Below the pieces are notes generated by a model, which saw nothing but the letters and a program-made list of their open reading frames with translations, made no database searches and was not told where the DNA came from. The translations under genes were made by a program, and so were the position numbers. A stretch of DNA of 64,000 nucleotides from Perkinsela sp. CCAP 1560/9 (lineage: Eukaryota; Protista; Euglenozoa: Kinetoplastea). This document shows, piece after piece, positions 1-12,322 of this stretch. Within the stretch, counting starts at the first letter, position 1. Each line of letters opens with the position of its first letter. The DNA is taken from the NCBI GenBank assembly GCA_965644495.1, contig CBFFSA010000012.1, forward strand, positions 124,001-188,000, given 5' to 3'.

Positions 1-434
1 CCAAAAGGGTGTGTGAACCGAAGTTGTGCACAGGCCGCGGTCCCAGAAAACTATTGTCCAAAGCGTCTGTGCTACGAGGAATAGGAATATTACATCTCCG
101 TGACGAGATGTAGTACCTTGCCTGTCCATTTTGACACGCTTTAACACAGCATGTAAACAGCGTGAGTAGTAAGGAAGCGTTCAGCACCGGGAAAAACGCT
201 TCTATTCATCATCATGGCTCCTAGTGTTTATTGGGATATCTACATCAATCATAGATTGTAGAGGATCGATCTGTGGGCCACTTGCCCGCGTGGTAAAATA
301 GTTTTTGTCTCGGTTCTTGGTCTCCGTCTCAGATTTTTTTTGAGCCCATGTTTGCGTTTTTCTACCCAAGCCGCTGTTTCGCGTTGTTTTGCAGTGGCTC
401 TCCCTCTTTCGCGATGTTTCGGCAAAATGCAGTA

Positions 435-764
435 CTCCCCCTCTCATTAATAATTATAAACCTCCAAAAATCATTAAAGGGATCGCTTATAGAAATTTAA
501 TGAGATTATAATTCTAAGTCTCACTTTTATAAATCTCAAATTCTTCATTTTTTATCTAGAAAGACACCTGTACCACATCCAGGTAGTGTATTTTGCACTA
601 AAAATTGCTTCCAAGTTGAACGAAATGTCTCGAAAATCAAGAATTTGAAGTCCATAATAAGAAAAAATCACTTACCGAATCTCATTAATAATTATAAACT
701 ATAATTATAATTATAATTATAAACGAAAAAGGTTTATACATTATAATTATTAATGAGAGGAGGG
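435..764. mobile_element. MITE, Tc1/mariner-pogo type
   Basis: Imperfect ~24-bp TIRs (CTCCCCCTCTCATTAATAATTATAA ... TTATAATTATTAATGAGAGGAGGG) flanked by TA at 433-434 and 765-766; AT-rich, non-coding interior. Confidence 0.7.
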
Positions 765-851
765 TAGCCTCTTAATTATAAAGAGTTTCGTATTTTATAT
801 ACGAACCGTATATTTTATATACGGTCCAGTTTACCATACCAATACCCCCGT

Positions 852-1760
852 AATTGCGGTGGTTGTAAAACTACCGCTCTACACTCGATTATTGAAAAAA
901 AAGTGAACAAAAACAGTGAAAATATAAAGAGGAACACAGTAATATAATAGAAGAAAAAAATATAAAAGGGGGCTCCGGTGGACCAAAACTGAAAAAAAAA
1001 TTTGAAAAAAATGGGGGGTCCAGGGGGGGGTCCAGGGGGGGGTCCAGGGGGGGGGGTCCAGGGGGGGGGGCATGGTCGAGCAAATTTTTTCGAAAAAATT
1101 AGTTTTCGAAAAAAAACCGCAGAAAGGGTAGCCGGGGTCTTGGCGCGCATTTTCCACCCCCTACCCCGGGGTGACCCCCCCGCGTATCCGCATGACGGGT
1201 CCGCCAAGTTCGGATTTTTTCGGAAAAAACATTTTGAAAAAAAATTCAACTTGGCGAAAAAAATGACAAAAAAAATATTTTTCCAAAATCGTTTCCCCTA
1301 TTGTATTTCGATAGTTTGGGACCTACACTAGCTTTCTCCGCAGTTGTTTTCGCAAGGTATCACTTCTTCGAACCGTGGTGCGCCCCTCAAAATGACCCAA
1401 TTTTGACTAAAAAAGGTGAAAAAGTATTTTTCGGACCTAAAGGGGCATTTTTGTGTCGAACGAATGGTATGGTTGGAGTCGTATTCTCTACCCAATACGT
1501 GCGGTAGGCTTTCATTCATGCCTGCGAGTGATTTCCCACGCGCAAATGTCGGATTTAGTGCTCTGAGAGCAAAAATATGCGAAAATGACCCCATTTGTAC
1601 CCGAAATTCGGCTATTTTTGGCTATAATCTTTCCGTTTTCCAGGCTAAATTTTCTTTTTTTAGGCTCTTCGTTAAACGCGGCGGTAGTTTTCAACGCGAA
1701 GCGCGCAGCATGAGTGACTTCTAAGTTGAAAGCAACCACCGCGTTTAACGAAGAGCCTAA
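852..1760. mobile_element. Hairpin-ended non-autonomous element (Helentron/HINE-like), full-length copy
   Basis: Short hairpin GCGGTGGTT-GTAA-AACTACCGC (856-877) at one end, ~100-bp hairpin (1661-1759) at the other, internal (GGGGGGTCCA)n tract; near-identical inverted copy at 32851-33803. Confidence 0.75.
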
Positions 1761-2645
1761 AAAAGAAATATACCGGGGGGTATATTACGGTGTCCACTCA
1801 GGCTTAATATACCTCCCTCTGACACAAATGCCCAACATCCGAGAAATGGCCTAGCGAAAAGAGTATTTGTAGAAAAAGTAAGGACATTTTTTTGCGTTTT
1901 TGGGCCTAAACAGGACTTTTCTTTGATTTTATAGACACTTTTAGGGAGAAACCGCGCCGCGAAGGGGCGCGATTTCTTTTGTGGAAATTTTGGATTTAAT
2001 AGAGACAAAACACAAAATTGTGTCTACATTAAAGGGGGGGTCACAGTACCTATACCTTAATATACCGTGGGGTATGGTAAGCTGGACAGTGGTTTAGAAA
2101 AAACAATAACATGACACTATTTCGTTTAGCGTTGAACGCACGTTTCCAGTTATTTTTGCGCACCGAAAAAGTAGTTTCTCTATCAGAATTGTTTCCCATA
2201 CCATTCACGCGCGCCAAGGCGCAAGAAGCAGGTGTAGTATCTGTGATTTTGCCTTTTCTAGACCGAATGCCCTGGCCTTCCACTTATCCCCCGCGATGAG
2301 TATGTTTACTTCTTATGCGAGGCATCCGTGTACAGCCTATGACGGTACTGAACACAATCCGCCGTGTGATACAATTTGTAACATGTGCATTGCGTACATT
2401 TTACTTGTCGAGCGTGACCCATACTGTCACACTTAATAGTATTCACGCGGTTCTAGGACGGGGCTAAGCGGTTGGGTCCGTTTAGTTATTGCTTGTTTGG
2501 CCCTACTGCTAAAAGACATAAAATAGATGTTCTTTATAAAATAGGTGTTCTTTATAAAAAAGGTGTTCTTTTATTTTTTATGCGAACATTGTCTAGTAGT
2601 CCGAGTAGTGCTAGTACCGTGTATTAGTACCGAAATAAACTATTA

Positions 2646-2985
2646 CTGTACCCCCCCCCTCCTGTTTATAGTAGCCTCGACCTCTCCCCCCTTTTATAGG
2701 TTCTTTTTTTGGGCAACCTGGGGAATTTTTTATTTTATTTTCTTGCACCGTCTTTAATATTTTGATATTTATTTTCATATGGTTCTTCGAGGTATGGCGC
2801 GTGTTCGTGCTGGACACTTTACTTTGGAAGAGCGCCGGGGCCCACTTAGCGATTGAATAAATCCTGGTTCCTCGCTCCCGAATGTATGGCGATTTATGTG
2901 CCAACTCTTAATCTTCAATCGCCCTCCCCCCTTTATAGGTTCATTTGGGCAAAAGCGAAGCTATTATAAACGGGGGGGGGTACAG
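2646..2985. mobile_element. MITE
   Basis: TIRs CTGTACCCCCCCC..GTTTATAGTAGC / GCTATTATAAACGGGGGGGGGTACAG with TA on both sides. Confidence 0.7.
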
Positions 2986-3205
2986 TAAATTTTTAGCTAA
3001 AATGTAAAGCGTTTTTAGAACTTATTTTTTATATGTTAGAACTTCTAACATTTAAAAAAAATCTACCCAGTTTAGAGGGGTTGCGTGGGCTGATTAGTAC
3101 AAAACGTATAGTGTCTTTTGGTCCAGTGTACTGTTTATAGTAAAATATATGGCATAATCGCATTGCAAACGTCATCAGATCTTCTAGCTTTCAAAAGGAG
3201 TTGTT

Positions 3206-3463
3206 ATGCACAGCTCTGAGCAAATTTTACTCGATCACGAAATACTTCAGCAAATCCTAGAAGAAATTGATACTGAACAAACATTCGTCCTACAGAAAGA
3301 TGCGGAACGATTTTTGAATCGGGAAATAATTCTACCACTAGTAAAAAGAATTCTTATGAAAGCGCAACAGGCGAGTGCTACTGTAGTAGACAAAGCTGCG
3401 TTAGCTGAGGCACTGCATCTTGAGGGTATTTCACTGCCAGTAAGCATGCAAGAAGATATGTAA
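3206..3463 (+). CDS. Small protein, possible histone-fold (TAF12/H4-like)
   Basis: 85-aa ATG ORF on the host-gene strand; helix pattern LQQILEEID..LQKDAERFL..VDKAALAEALHLEG resembles a histone fold by eye only. Confidence 0.4.
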   Translation: MHSSEQILLDHEILQQILEEIDTEQTFVLQKDAERFLNREIILPLVKRILMKAQQASATVVDKAALAEALHLEGISLPVSMQEDM

Positions 3464-3648
3464 ATGTTTTTTGGGCTGCGAATGCTCAGTCACTTCTCCG
3501 TCCACGTAGGCAAAGACAGAAAATTGTGAATTCGTTGCGTTCAAAGTGTGTAAACCGGGAGGCGGAATAGTGTTATGATGCGGTTTATTATTAAGTTGCG
3601 GTTTATTATTAAGTTAGACAGGTTATTATTAAGCTAGACAAGCTACTA

Positions 3649-3885
3649 CACCTCCTCTCATAAATAATGATAATGATAATAATAATTTTTCTGAGATTAT
3701 CATTTTTGATGGAGGCAATAAGGGGAGATCCGAAATACATGTATTATGATATTTTGTCTACGAAGGGAAAAAACAAGACATGATTAAAGAGATCATGGAA
3801 AAAACTCGAGCTGACACGGAGGAGTTATGATAGAATGAAACTTTTTTTATAATTTTTCAATTATCATTATTAATGAAAGGGGGTG
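3649..3885. mobile_element. MITE related to 435-764
   Basis: TIRs CACCTCCTCTCATAAATAATGATAAT / ATTATCATTATTAATGAAAGGGGGTG, TA flanks; interrupts a short TTATTATTAAG tandem repeat. Confidence 0.7.
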
Positions 3886-4561
3886 TATTAATTTGTCAAG
3901 TTATTATTAAGTTTGTGCATTTCTACAGAGCAATGACATGTTCTGGCCCAGAATTTGGAATTTCAATGAATGTATAGGGCAGATTTTGGCCAATATACGA
4001 AGGAAAAACTATGCGCATGTATTGTTATAAACCCCCCACAGCGAATAAGTCACCCCCCTCTTTTTTTTGTACAACGAGGCTTAGGAGGGTTGCGGCACCA
4101 CTTTTTCGTTCAAAATTTTGAGATCTGCACGTTCCCGCTGTTTTTAGACCTCTTCACAGATAAGAAAGTAAAACTCATTTTTTTAATGACGTTTTTAGAT
4201 AGTCATGCCAATATTACCTGAAAAATCTCATGTTCCTCGACCAGGGGGGGAGAAGGGGGTCAACATGAAAATGGTGTCACAGATCTTCGCTAGGGGAACG
4301 AGATCTCTCGATTGCAACAAAAATGATCAAAAACAGATAACAAACATTCAATTTGTCACGTGGTGGAATATTTGTCTTTGATTGGCTCTTTCTTGAAACG
4401 GTGATAAATCAACTTTTTTAAGCTGCTCCCTTTAGTTTTTGCTTGAAGGGGCCTAAGGGGGTTAAGATATCATTTTCTCGTTCAAAATTCTGAGATCTAC
4501 ACGTTACCACCATTTTTAGATCATTCTAGAAACTGAAAAAGAAAATTGTTTTTAGGTTCTA

Positions 4562-6873
4562 CCGTTACCCCCCCCCTTACTTATCCCGCATTTTGACCCC
4601 AAAATCAGTGATTTTGTGATAAGTAGCGTACCTGGATAAGTAGCGTACCTGGATAAGTAGCGTACCTGAGTAGTGTACCTTAGGTTGGTGAGTGGTTTTC
4701 GGAAGCGTCCTGCCATAAATGAAATTAATAACATAGAGAAAACAAAGTTGTACAACAAACAGAGAGAAGTAATCGAAATATACAAGGTAAATAAAAAACA
4801 ACGCGAGTGTGAAACTTGATTCTGACACAAATGAAGGCTAAGAGAATGTCATGCACATTATAAGAACAACATCATAGAACACGAAAAAAAGTAGTGCTAA
4901 TTACATGACAAGAAATAAGCGGGGGGAAAAAGTGTAGTCGTTGCTGGTTGTTGATGGCATGGAAAAACATGGAAAAAAAACCAGAAAAATATAAGGAATA
5001 ATATTTTTATAGAATGACATTCCGACCAGCCCAGGAGTAAAAGCGAATGAAAAATATTCGATATGCCTCAATTGAATCTATTCTCATATTATAAAATTAT
5101 CATATTACGCCCGAGTGCACACAATTTTATATCAAAAAGCGCTCACTGATCAGTGTCCGCATCAATCACTTCCTCACCGAAAGAAAGCTGCTGAAAAGCA
5201 TTGGAGACGACTTCTGTCTCCAAAGCAGCTTCTACAGGCGTTGCGCCAAGCACAAGGGTACTACCACGTAGAGATTGTACCCGTTGGGGGGAAATTGTTT
5301 CTGCGCCTCGTAGAAGGTGGGATGAGAGCTTGCGTTCAAATTCCACACCATAGGCTTCTACTGCAGGAAAGGACTGTAGCGCTTCAGTGACAAAACGCGT
5401 GATTTTCTGACGCGTGGGGCGGCGAAACCCGTTCTGAGAGGCACGCCAGGTAGAAAATTTATCCCGGTAATGGTGCTTGAACGCTCGGTTGACTGCAACA
5501 TCCATGAGTTGGATGAGCGAGGTGCAACCTGAAGGAATGAACAAGACATCAACCTCTCGCTCACGAAGGTAAGAAAGAATTTCGTGAGTTCGATGAGCGG
5601 CATAGAGGTCAATCACAAGTAAAGTTTGTCGCGGAGGATAACGCGCATGGTCTAACAACTCTCTTTGAAGCCATGCCAGAAAAGAGTCGCCATTTGTCCA
5701 CCCCGATGCAGTTGTGGTGGCAGTACAACGGTACTTTACAGCTGCCGCGTTGATTTCCCGAGAGATGGGCCCTGTGGAGGACTGCGCCTGCCAGATGAGA
5801 TGAGGGGGCAACATGGTGTGGTCCCAAACGCCACCTGTGCCTCGAACGGAGCGCGCCGCGAAAAAAGCTGTCGTCATTTGGCGTTCCGTTCCGGCTGTGC
5901 GAACTCGCACCCGCCGCGTCCCACGAAGTTCAATTGTAACACTACTTACAGGTTCCCACACAACTCCGGTCTCATCACCCGTGAGGATGACAGAGTAACC
6001 TCTGCGATCGACGTTCATCAGAGTCATCATCTCGAGAAAGTTTCGGACCCGTTCATCAGCATCTGTCGGAACGAGTTGAGTGCAACCGTTTACACGACGG
6101 CAACAAACGTTCGCAAATCGACAAAAGCGCTGCCAGAACTTTTCCTTCCCATTCTCTGTGAGTTGACTGAAATGGTCAAATGTCCCAAAGTATTGGAACA
6201 TCATCGATTTCGTGACCCCGACGAGCGCGTCACGCAAGACCGCAATCATGCGAGAACCCTGAGTGTACAATTCCTGATTCTGACGCGGCGGGTGGAATTG
6301 ATAGGAACTTCCGTGGCCAAGGCGCACAAGCCTCATCCACTCTTCCTTCTTCAGGACAATTTTTCGCACCGTGGAAGGAGTGATGCGAAACTCTGCGGCA
6401 ACTGTTGCTTCGGGCTTCATAGCTTCTATTGCAGCACAAATATTAAGTTTCTGCTGGATAGTAAGCTCGACCCGACTTTTCCGTGGACGGTCTTGTTCAA
6501 CTTGAGCATGGGCCAGTAGTTCAACGTTTGGGATAACATTGACTACGGCATTCGGATCCGGAATTACGACAACCGCCTCTTGTGGTAGGAGTGCGTTGCG
6601 GACCTGCCCTGCATGAAAAACCAGCCGATTCAAGTCAGACATTCAGAGAGAGAGAGAGAGAGGGAGGATGAGTTGTAGAAAAAAGTATTCAAGAGTTGTA
6701 GATAGATAAATACTTTAAAATAGCAACGCATTGTACAGCTACCTCAAATCTAAAACAATAAAAAAGTTCGGAAAAAAGGCTAAGGTCCAGGTACGCTACT
6801 TATCCTTGCGGATAAGTAAGGTTTGGGATTTTGTGATAAGTAGCGTACCTGGATAAGTAAGGGGGGGTAACGG
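4562..6873 (-). mobile_element. Complete pogo-like DNA transposon
   Basis: TIRs CCGTTACCCCCCC(CC)TTACTTATCC / GGATAAGTAAGGGGGGGTAACGG, TA target duplication (4560-61, 6874-75), subterminal GATAAGTAGCGTACCTG repeats at both ends, intact transposase. Confidence 0.9.
5143..6642 (-). CDS. pogo/Tigger-family transposase (CENP-B-type HTH + DDE_1, DD35D)
   Basis: LTIQQKLNIC..VAAEFRITPSTVRKI HTH; GDETG, VIDLYAAH, IPSGCTSLIQLMDVAVNRAFK motifs; 35 residues between the 2nd and 3rd Asp. Confidence 0.9.
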   Translation of the reverse strand: MSDLNRLVFHAGQVRNALLPQEAVVVIPDPNAVVNVIPNVELLAHAQVEQDRPRKSRVELTIQQKLNICAAIEAMKPEATVAAEFRITPSTVRKIVLKKEEWMRLVRLGHGSSYQFHPPRQNQELYTQGSRMIAVLRDALVGVTKSMMFQYFGTFDHFSQLTENGKEKFWQRFCRFANVCCRRVNGCTQLVPTDADERVRNFLEMMTLMNVDRRGYSVILTGDETGVVWEPVSSVTIELRGTRRVRVRTAGTERQMTTAFFAARSVRGTGGVWDHTMLPPHLIWQAQSSTGPISREINAAAVKYRCTATTTASGWTNGDSFLAWLQRELLDHARYPPRQTLLVIDLYAAHRTHEILSYLREREVDVLFIPSGCTSLIQLMDVAVNRAFKHHYRDKFSTWRASQNGFRRPTRQKITRFVTEALQSFPAVEAYGVEFERKLSSHLLRGAETISPQRVQSLRGSTLVLGATPVEAALETEVVSNAFQQLSFGEEVIDADTDQ

Positions 6874-8097
6874 TATTTTTTTGCATCGTCATACCACACT
6901 AATTTAAGAAAACAAACACTCCGCGGCCAGGGGGCACAAGTGGGTCAATATTAAAAAATAGCGGCAAATATCTTTGCTAGGAGAACGAGATCTCTCGTTC
7001 GCAACAAAAATCAGCAAAAACGGACAAAAATAATTGAATTTCTCATGGGAGGAGAATATTTATTTTGTTAAAGTGTGAGAAATTGCTCTTGAAAAATGTG
7101 AAGAAAGTGATAATCCATCTATCGGATGCACGCATTTGAGAGCCTTGGTTCCATGCTATAACGCGCAAAGTTTTTGTGTTGGGAACAGCAAAATGCAACA
7201 AAAATGAGCTCAAACGGACACTTGGCTGAAAAGTTAGAGGGGGGTGACTTTTCGCTGTGGGGGGTTTATAATCAAAACACACTAACGCTCGTGCGTAAGC
7301 AATGTTTTCTATTGCGACGCGAGAGATGATAAAGTGGAAGAAGCGACATTCCAGTGCGGCTTCTAGTCGGTTTCTAGTCGTACTGGCCCCCAGTGACCGC
7401 CAGAGGCTCTCAGCGATTGTCAGTGACTGAAAGCGACTAGTGTCGCAAAGTTATTTTGTCTCTCTTGAAGGCAGGGTGACGGCCAAGAAGTTACACAGCA
7501 CGTTCAAAAAACGGTTAGCACTGTGTATTGCTGCCGATGGGCATAGGATTCGATTTTAATACGATTTTCTATTTATGCACTCTAGTGCCAAAATTAATGG
7601 GGGTGTCTAATTAATGGTAATTGGGTAAGAATATTTCAGGCACCTGCTAAAATTCATGCTCAGAAATTTACACTTTTTAATGTGAAATTTGACTTTTCAA
7701 ACTATTTTTCAGTGTTCTATTTTATATTCGTTTTGCTTACAAGTATTTTTCCCGTGTTGTCCTCAACACGGGATCTGCACGAATACGCCATTCTTTTGTC
7801 ATTTCTCTCATGTACATGAATGTGGGGATAGTCCCAAAACCACTGGAACGGGGTTGTACTACATTTGAACAACTACGGCCAAAAATTCGTTGTCGATACG
7901 AGTTAATTACAATACTTTTTGGCATGGGTGTAAGTCGGGGGGTGACGATAATTTTAATATTTGGGCTGCTCTTTAAAACTCCATCTTTTCGGCGGAAAAA
8001 AGAGAGATTTGATTAAGATTATTTTCCTGTTGGGGGATCTTTATAACCAGGATGGTATGATATTAAACAAGCCAATAGGTAAATTTTGTTTTCAACA

Positions 8098-8850
8098 ATG
8101 AACACTCCAAATCGGCCAGGTAAAGTAAAAGGTGCTATCCTACCGCAGGAATATGACTTGGATAGGCTTATTTCGGCGACAAACATTGAGAGGAAAAGTC
8201 TTTCTTGGAACATAAGCACGCCTGCGTGTAATTGGAAAAGAGTAAAATGTGATGAAGTTGGGAACGTAAATTCTCTCTCTTGGAATACACTTCGGATCAG
8301 TGGGGTTTTACAATGGAAATATATACCGCACACAGTAGTTCGTCTCGACTTTTTCAAGTGTGACTTGTCAGGAGAGATTGAATTTGAATCTTTACCACAA
8401 TTTTTGCGGTTTTGTAATCTGGGGAAAAATAATTTTGCAGGAACATTAGACGTGAGAAAAATACCTCGAAAGATCGAAGAACTCTACTTGAACGGCAACC
8501 AACTTGAAGGAAATGTGGATATGTGCAATCTTCCGGACAGTTTGCTTCGGTTTTCCCTGTGGGAAAATAACTTTTCTGGCACGTTGGACCTCACGCGCTT
8601 ACCGAGCAGATTGCGTTATCTCAATTTAATAGACAACGCATTCACTGGGACCTTAGATTTCAGCCATTTGCCTCCATTATTGAAGCAACTCCGCTTGAGT
8701 CACAACCGATTCGCGGGTCCAATTGAGCTTGATCGTGGAACAGAACTGAATAAACTGGAACTGGAAGGGAATCATGATTTGACGGGTAATTTGGATGTAA
8801 CGCTGCGCACTGTTGTGGACGCTACAAAAACTCAAATTTCTTTTACGTAA
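8098..8850 (+). CDS. Leucine-rich repeat protein (LRRNT_2-like cap + ~24-aa LRRs)
   Basis: RPGKVKGAILPQEYDL leader, SW..PACNWKRVKC cap, repeated LPxxLxxLxLxxNxFxG. Confidence 0.85.
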   Translation: MNTPNRPGKVKGAILPQEYDLDRLISATNIERKSLSWNISTPACNWKRVKCDEVGNVNSLSWNTLRISGVLQWKYIPHTVVRLDFFKCDLSGEIEFESLPQFLRFCNLGKNNFAGTLDVRKIPRKIEELYLNGNQLEGNVDMCNLPDSLLRFSLWENNFSGTLDLTRLPSRLRYLNLIDNAFTGTLDFSHLPPLLKQLRLSHNRFAGPIELDRGTELNKLELEGNHDLTGNLDVTLRTVVDATKTQISFT

Positions 8851-8966
8851 AGCAGCCTTACCGATCACAACACTATTTTGAACAAGAATATTAACAAACA
8901 ATTTATTGCTATTCTAGAGTTTATTTTGTTACTGGTGAAAGAGTAGTTGGTCGTTTTCAATGTATA

Positions 8967-9040
8967 TAGAAGTCACTGCCCCTTTGCTTTGAAAACTACC
9001 TCCGCGTTTAACGAAGCAACTAAAAAAGTAAAATTGGCCC
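8967..9040. mobile_element. Degraded fragment of the hairpin-ended element
   Basis: GAAGTCAC..GAAAACTACCTCCGCGTTTAACGAAG matches the large hairpin of the family. Confidence 0.55.
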
Positions 9041-9469
9041 AGGAGGGGGAAGAAATCAGTGGGATTTACAAAAAGACAGGGCTGTTCATACCAAAATAAA
9101 AGTGTTCTACAAACGGCTAGAAATTCTTTTTTTTGGAATATTAACTTTGGATAGATCTGGAGTAACATCAGTTGGGAAAATACTTAATTTTCGTTTGAAA
9201 AGCAACATTTAGACGAGAAGGAACTGTGAAAGCAAAAACAGAAATTTAATGAAAATCAAATTAAAGAAATGAAGATTGCGGAAATTAGAGGAAAAGTAGT
9301 GAAACAAAGCAAGCTCGGCTTCGCCTATGGGAAGCATGTTTTGAGACCTTATTTAATCTTAACACGCCGGGGGGGCATGTTTAGATGTTAGAGGGATGTT
9401 AACTAGTGCCCCCGTTTAAGAAGAAATCCTGCACGTCGTATGACTATGTAGGAAATATGCATTGTGGTA

Positions 9470-9921
9470 CTCCCCCTCTGATTAATTTTGATAAATGGAC
9501 TTCCTTTGACTTTATCAAAATTAATGATTTATCAAAAAATTCTATTTTTGATAAATCATTAATCATTAATATAAAGTATAAATCATTAATCATAATGATA
9601 AATGATAAATCAAGTTTTCCCCTCGTTGCAATATAGAACGTTCATAGATTCGTTCTCTAGAACAGCGAAGACACAAAGTTTTTAGTTCGAACACCAAAAA
9701 TGTCCCAAATCGATAACCAAAAATGCCCCAAAGCGACATTAATTCGAAAATTAATTCCAATCCCAAAATGCCCCAAATCGAAAAGGTTTCCTTTTTCGCC
9801 TAAAAATCGTGCATTTTTGTACAAAAGCTGTTTTCGGTTTTTATTTAATTTGATAAATGATAATAATAATAAATCAATTTGATTTATCGTTTATCATTAT
9901 CAAAATTTATCAGAGGGGGGC
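9470..9921. mobile_element. MITE
   Basis: TIRs CTCCCCCTCTGATTAATTTTGATAA / TTATCAAAATTTATCAGAGGGGGGC, TA flanks, internal GATAAAT motif repeats. Confidence 0.7.
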
Positions 9922-10051
9922 TAGTTCTTCAAATTGATCTTTCTTAAAGAATCGGTGGGAGGCAAAGAAGAAATCGTCTTCTAAAAATCCTCCTCTAAAA
10001 GGACATTGTATAAAAGAAATTATATTCATTGTATGCAGTACACTTTTTTCG

Positions 10052-10720
10052 ATGCAATTTTCAGTATTCGTTTCTCCGCTGTCCTTTAAGGACTCCACAA
10101 CGTACCGCGGGAACAAAGTAAGCCGGGCTCTACTTCCAGTGGAATATTCACTAGCTCGATTTGTTGAAGGAGTGTGGGTAAAATCTGGATGGCCCCAATC
10201 CTGGACGACCGGCACGGCGGCCTGTCAGTGGCAAGGCGTGGGCTGCACTGACCAAGTCGTTCGTAGAATTCACTGGACGGGACGAAACTTAAGCGGTACG
10301 TTTATATGGAAGGAAATGCCTCAGACACTTTTGGTGTTTGCAATCTATGAAAATCGGATAGCGGACACATTATCCGTAAGTGTTCTGCCTCGTAAACTAT
10401 TGCATTTTGATATTGGAGGGAACTGCTTCTATGGCACGATAGATTTTATTGCACTTCCACCAGCATTGGCCCACTTTTCTGTCTCACATAATGAATTTAC
10501 AGGTCTGATTGATTTAAGAGAGCTTTCTTCTAACTTGCGGATTCTATATTTGAATTACAATGATTTTGAGACAGTGCATTTCGGACTCCTCCACAAGACA
10601 ATGGAAGAACTTCATCTAGAATACAATAAAAGGTTAACAGGCGAGCTGCCTCTTGAAAATATTCCTCAATCGCTGGCACCTTACTTCTACAGAGACGAAA
10701 CAAAGCTCATCGTTATGTAG
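10052..10720 (+). CDS. Leucine-rich repeat protein
   Basis: KVSRALLPVEYSL leader, SWTTGTAACQWQGVGC cap, LRRs. Confidence 0.85.
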   Translation: MQFSVFVSPLSFKDSTTYRGNKVSRALLPVEYSLARFVEGVWVKSGWPQSWTTGTAACQWQGVGCTDQVVRRIHWTGRNLSGTFIWKEMPQTLLVFAIYENRIADTLSVSVLPRKLLHFDIGGNCFYGTIDFIALPPALAHFSVSHNEFTGLIDLRELSSNLRILYLNYNDFETVHFGLLHKTMEELHLEYNKRLTGELPLENIPQSLAPYFYRDETKLIVM

Positions 10721-10733
10721 AACGTTTGTAATA

Positions 10734-11397
10734 CCCCTCTTATTAAGACAGTGTATCCGACTGTCAACGAAGTGGCCGCCATTTGGTTGACCCGTCAACG
10801 AGTGTGATTTGATCAACGCTAAGACCTGTTACATTCGTGATCTGCGAGACCTTAGAGGGAGGAGGAGCAAGGAAAAAAAAGAAGGCGGAGCTTTCTGCCT
10901 TTTTGCCCTAGAGACGACGACTTCCTCGCATGGGAATCTGTAAGGAGCCCTGGGATCTGCTTTGAAACTACGGAACTGGGAGGAGGGAAAGATAAGGGCT
11001 CGCTGGGGAACCTGGGATCTGCGACGTTCGTGATCTGCAAAACCATAGAGCGAGGAGGAGGAGTAAGGGAAAAAGCAGAAGGCGGATCCTTCTGCCTTTG
11101 TACCGTAGCGACGATTGAGGAGCCCAACAACAACAAGGACCCCTAGGATCTGTTTTGGAAACGCGGAATTGGGGAGCTGTTAGGGTTGGGTGAAAATTAA
11201 GTTTCTGAAAATCTCTCATATAATCGGTCAAAAACGCTTCGATGATTCTCATCGAAAATTTTTCATGGTTGCGTTTCCTGAGCAGAAAATTCACACTCGT
11301 TGACGGGTCAACCAAATGACAGCCACTTCGTTGACAGTCGGGTGCATTGTCAACGAAGTGGCATCCAATTGCTTGACCCGTCAACGAAGTAGAGGCG
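10734..11397. mobile_element. MITE with ~63-bp subterminal inverted repeats
   Basis: 10747-10810 is the reverse complement of ~11289-11351 (GACTGTCAACGAAGTGGC..TTGACCCGTCAACGAGTGTGA); outer ends CCCCTCT/AGAGGCG with TA flanks; ~190-bp internal direct repeat. Confidence 0.7.
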
Positions 11398-11457
11398 TAT
11401 CCTACGATATTATATCGCTAGCCCAGTATAATTTATGATCATCCTTGACAATTATTT

Positions 11458-12322
11458 TTACTTGTGACGCGGTTTCAAATGCGTCAAGAGTTCATTTTGG
11501 TGCCCGAAAGCGATTGACATACTCTTATCTAGCCGTACTCTTAAGGATGGCCGGCTGCAGTCGCGGGCGGTGTGTCCACGTAGTCCACAGTGTCGACAGT
11601 GACCCGGTGGGGCGCTAGGATGATACCAGGGTTTAGAAAACGCTCGCTTTTGAAATTTGGCAGCTGAATCTAAGAAATCGCGAGTGTCACGCAACCCACT
11701 TCCATTTGAACTTTGATCAAGCTGAAGTACCGCTTTCATATGCTGAGACAACATCGACACGATACACTTGTCGGCCGACGTGACTTGTCGGCCGACGCAA
11801 CAACATCTCTTCAATAGACCCATGGTCCACTCTTGTCCCCTGGGTAGCGAGTCTTTTTGAATACAGTGCTGCGCCTAGTTTGCAAAGCAGGGACCAATAC
11901 GTTAGGCGTATCTGTTCCACGTGACTCATGGGTATAGTTTCCTCGGGCGTCAAATCGGCCATCGTCTGTGCGCACATCGCCTTGTCGGGATCTGTCCCCA
12001 CTAGGCTTCGCACAAAGACAAAGACACTACTTGTAAGCCACGGTTCCGTGGACAGTCCTTTGATGGACAGACAGTGACGTAGAAGAGCGCCACAGCGAGG
12101 GTCACTGGGTGATCCAATTAGCAGTCGGAATGCTTCATGCACATCTTTTATCCCCCGAAGAACGCCATTTTGAGCTGAAGGGGCGGGCTCTTCCGCTTGG
12201 TCCTTGGAGCTGTTTTTTGGCGGGATGCCTTCTAGCGCTGCCCATTCGTCACGTAGAGCGAGAATAACATTGTCTGCGACACATGAGGTGGTAAATTCGA
12301 CTTCCTGAAGAGCCCCTATCAC
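11458..12322 (-). pseudogene. gag-like retroelement remnant with CCHC zinc knuckle
   Basis: Two overlapping frames (11717-12322, 11458-11823); CRHCGLRGHTARDC = CX2CX4HX4C. Confidence 0.55.

Larger units (their letters stand above)
4025..7271. mobile_element. Non-autonomous TIR element hosting the nested pogo element
   Basis: ~36-bp inverted repeats TTATAAACCCCCCACAGCGAA(T)AAGTCACCCCCCTCT at 4025-4061 and 7236-7271; interior holds ~370-bp duplicated units split by the pogo insertion. Confidence 0.6.

Noticed and set aside
815-1739. Short ORFs over the hairpin-ended repeats (also near 13.7k, 27k, 29k, 33k, 35k)
   Set aside because: Low-complexity translations of a non-coding repeat; frames are not conserved between copies.
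5665-6519. 284-aa + strand ORF
   Set aside because: Antisense shadow of the pogo transposase.
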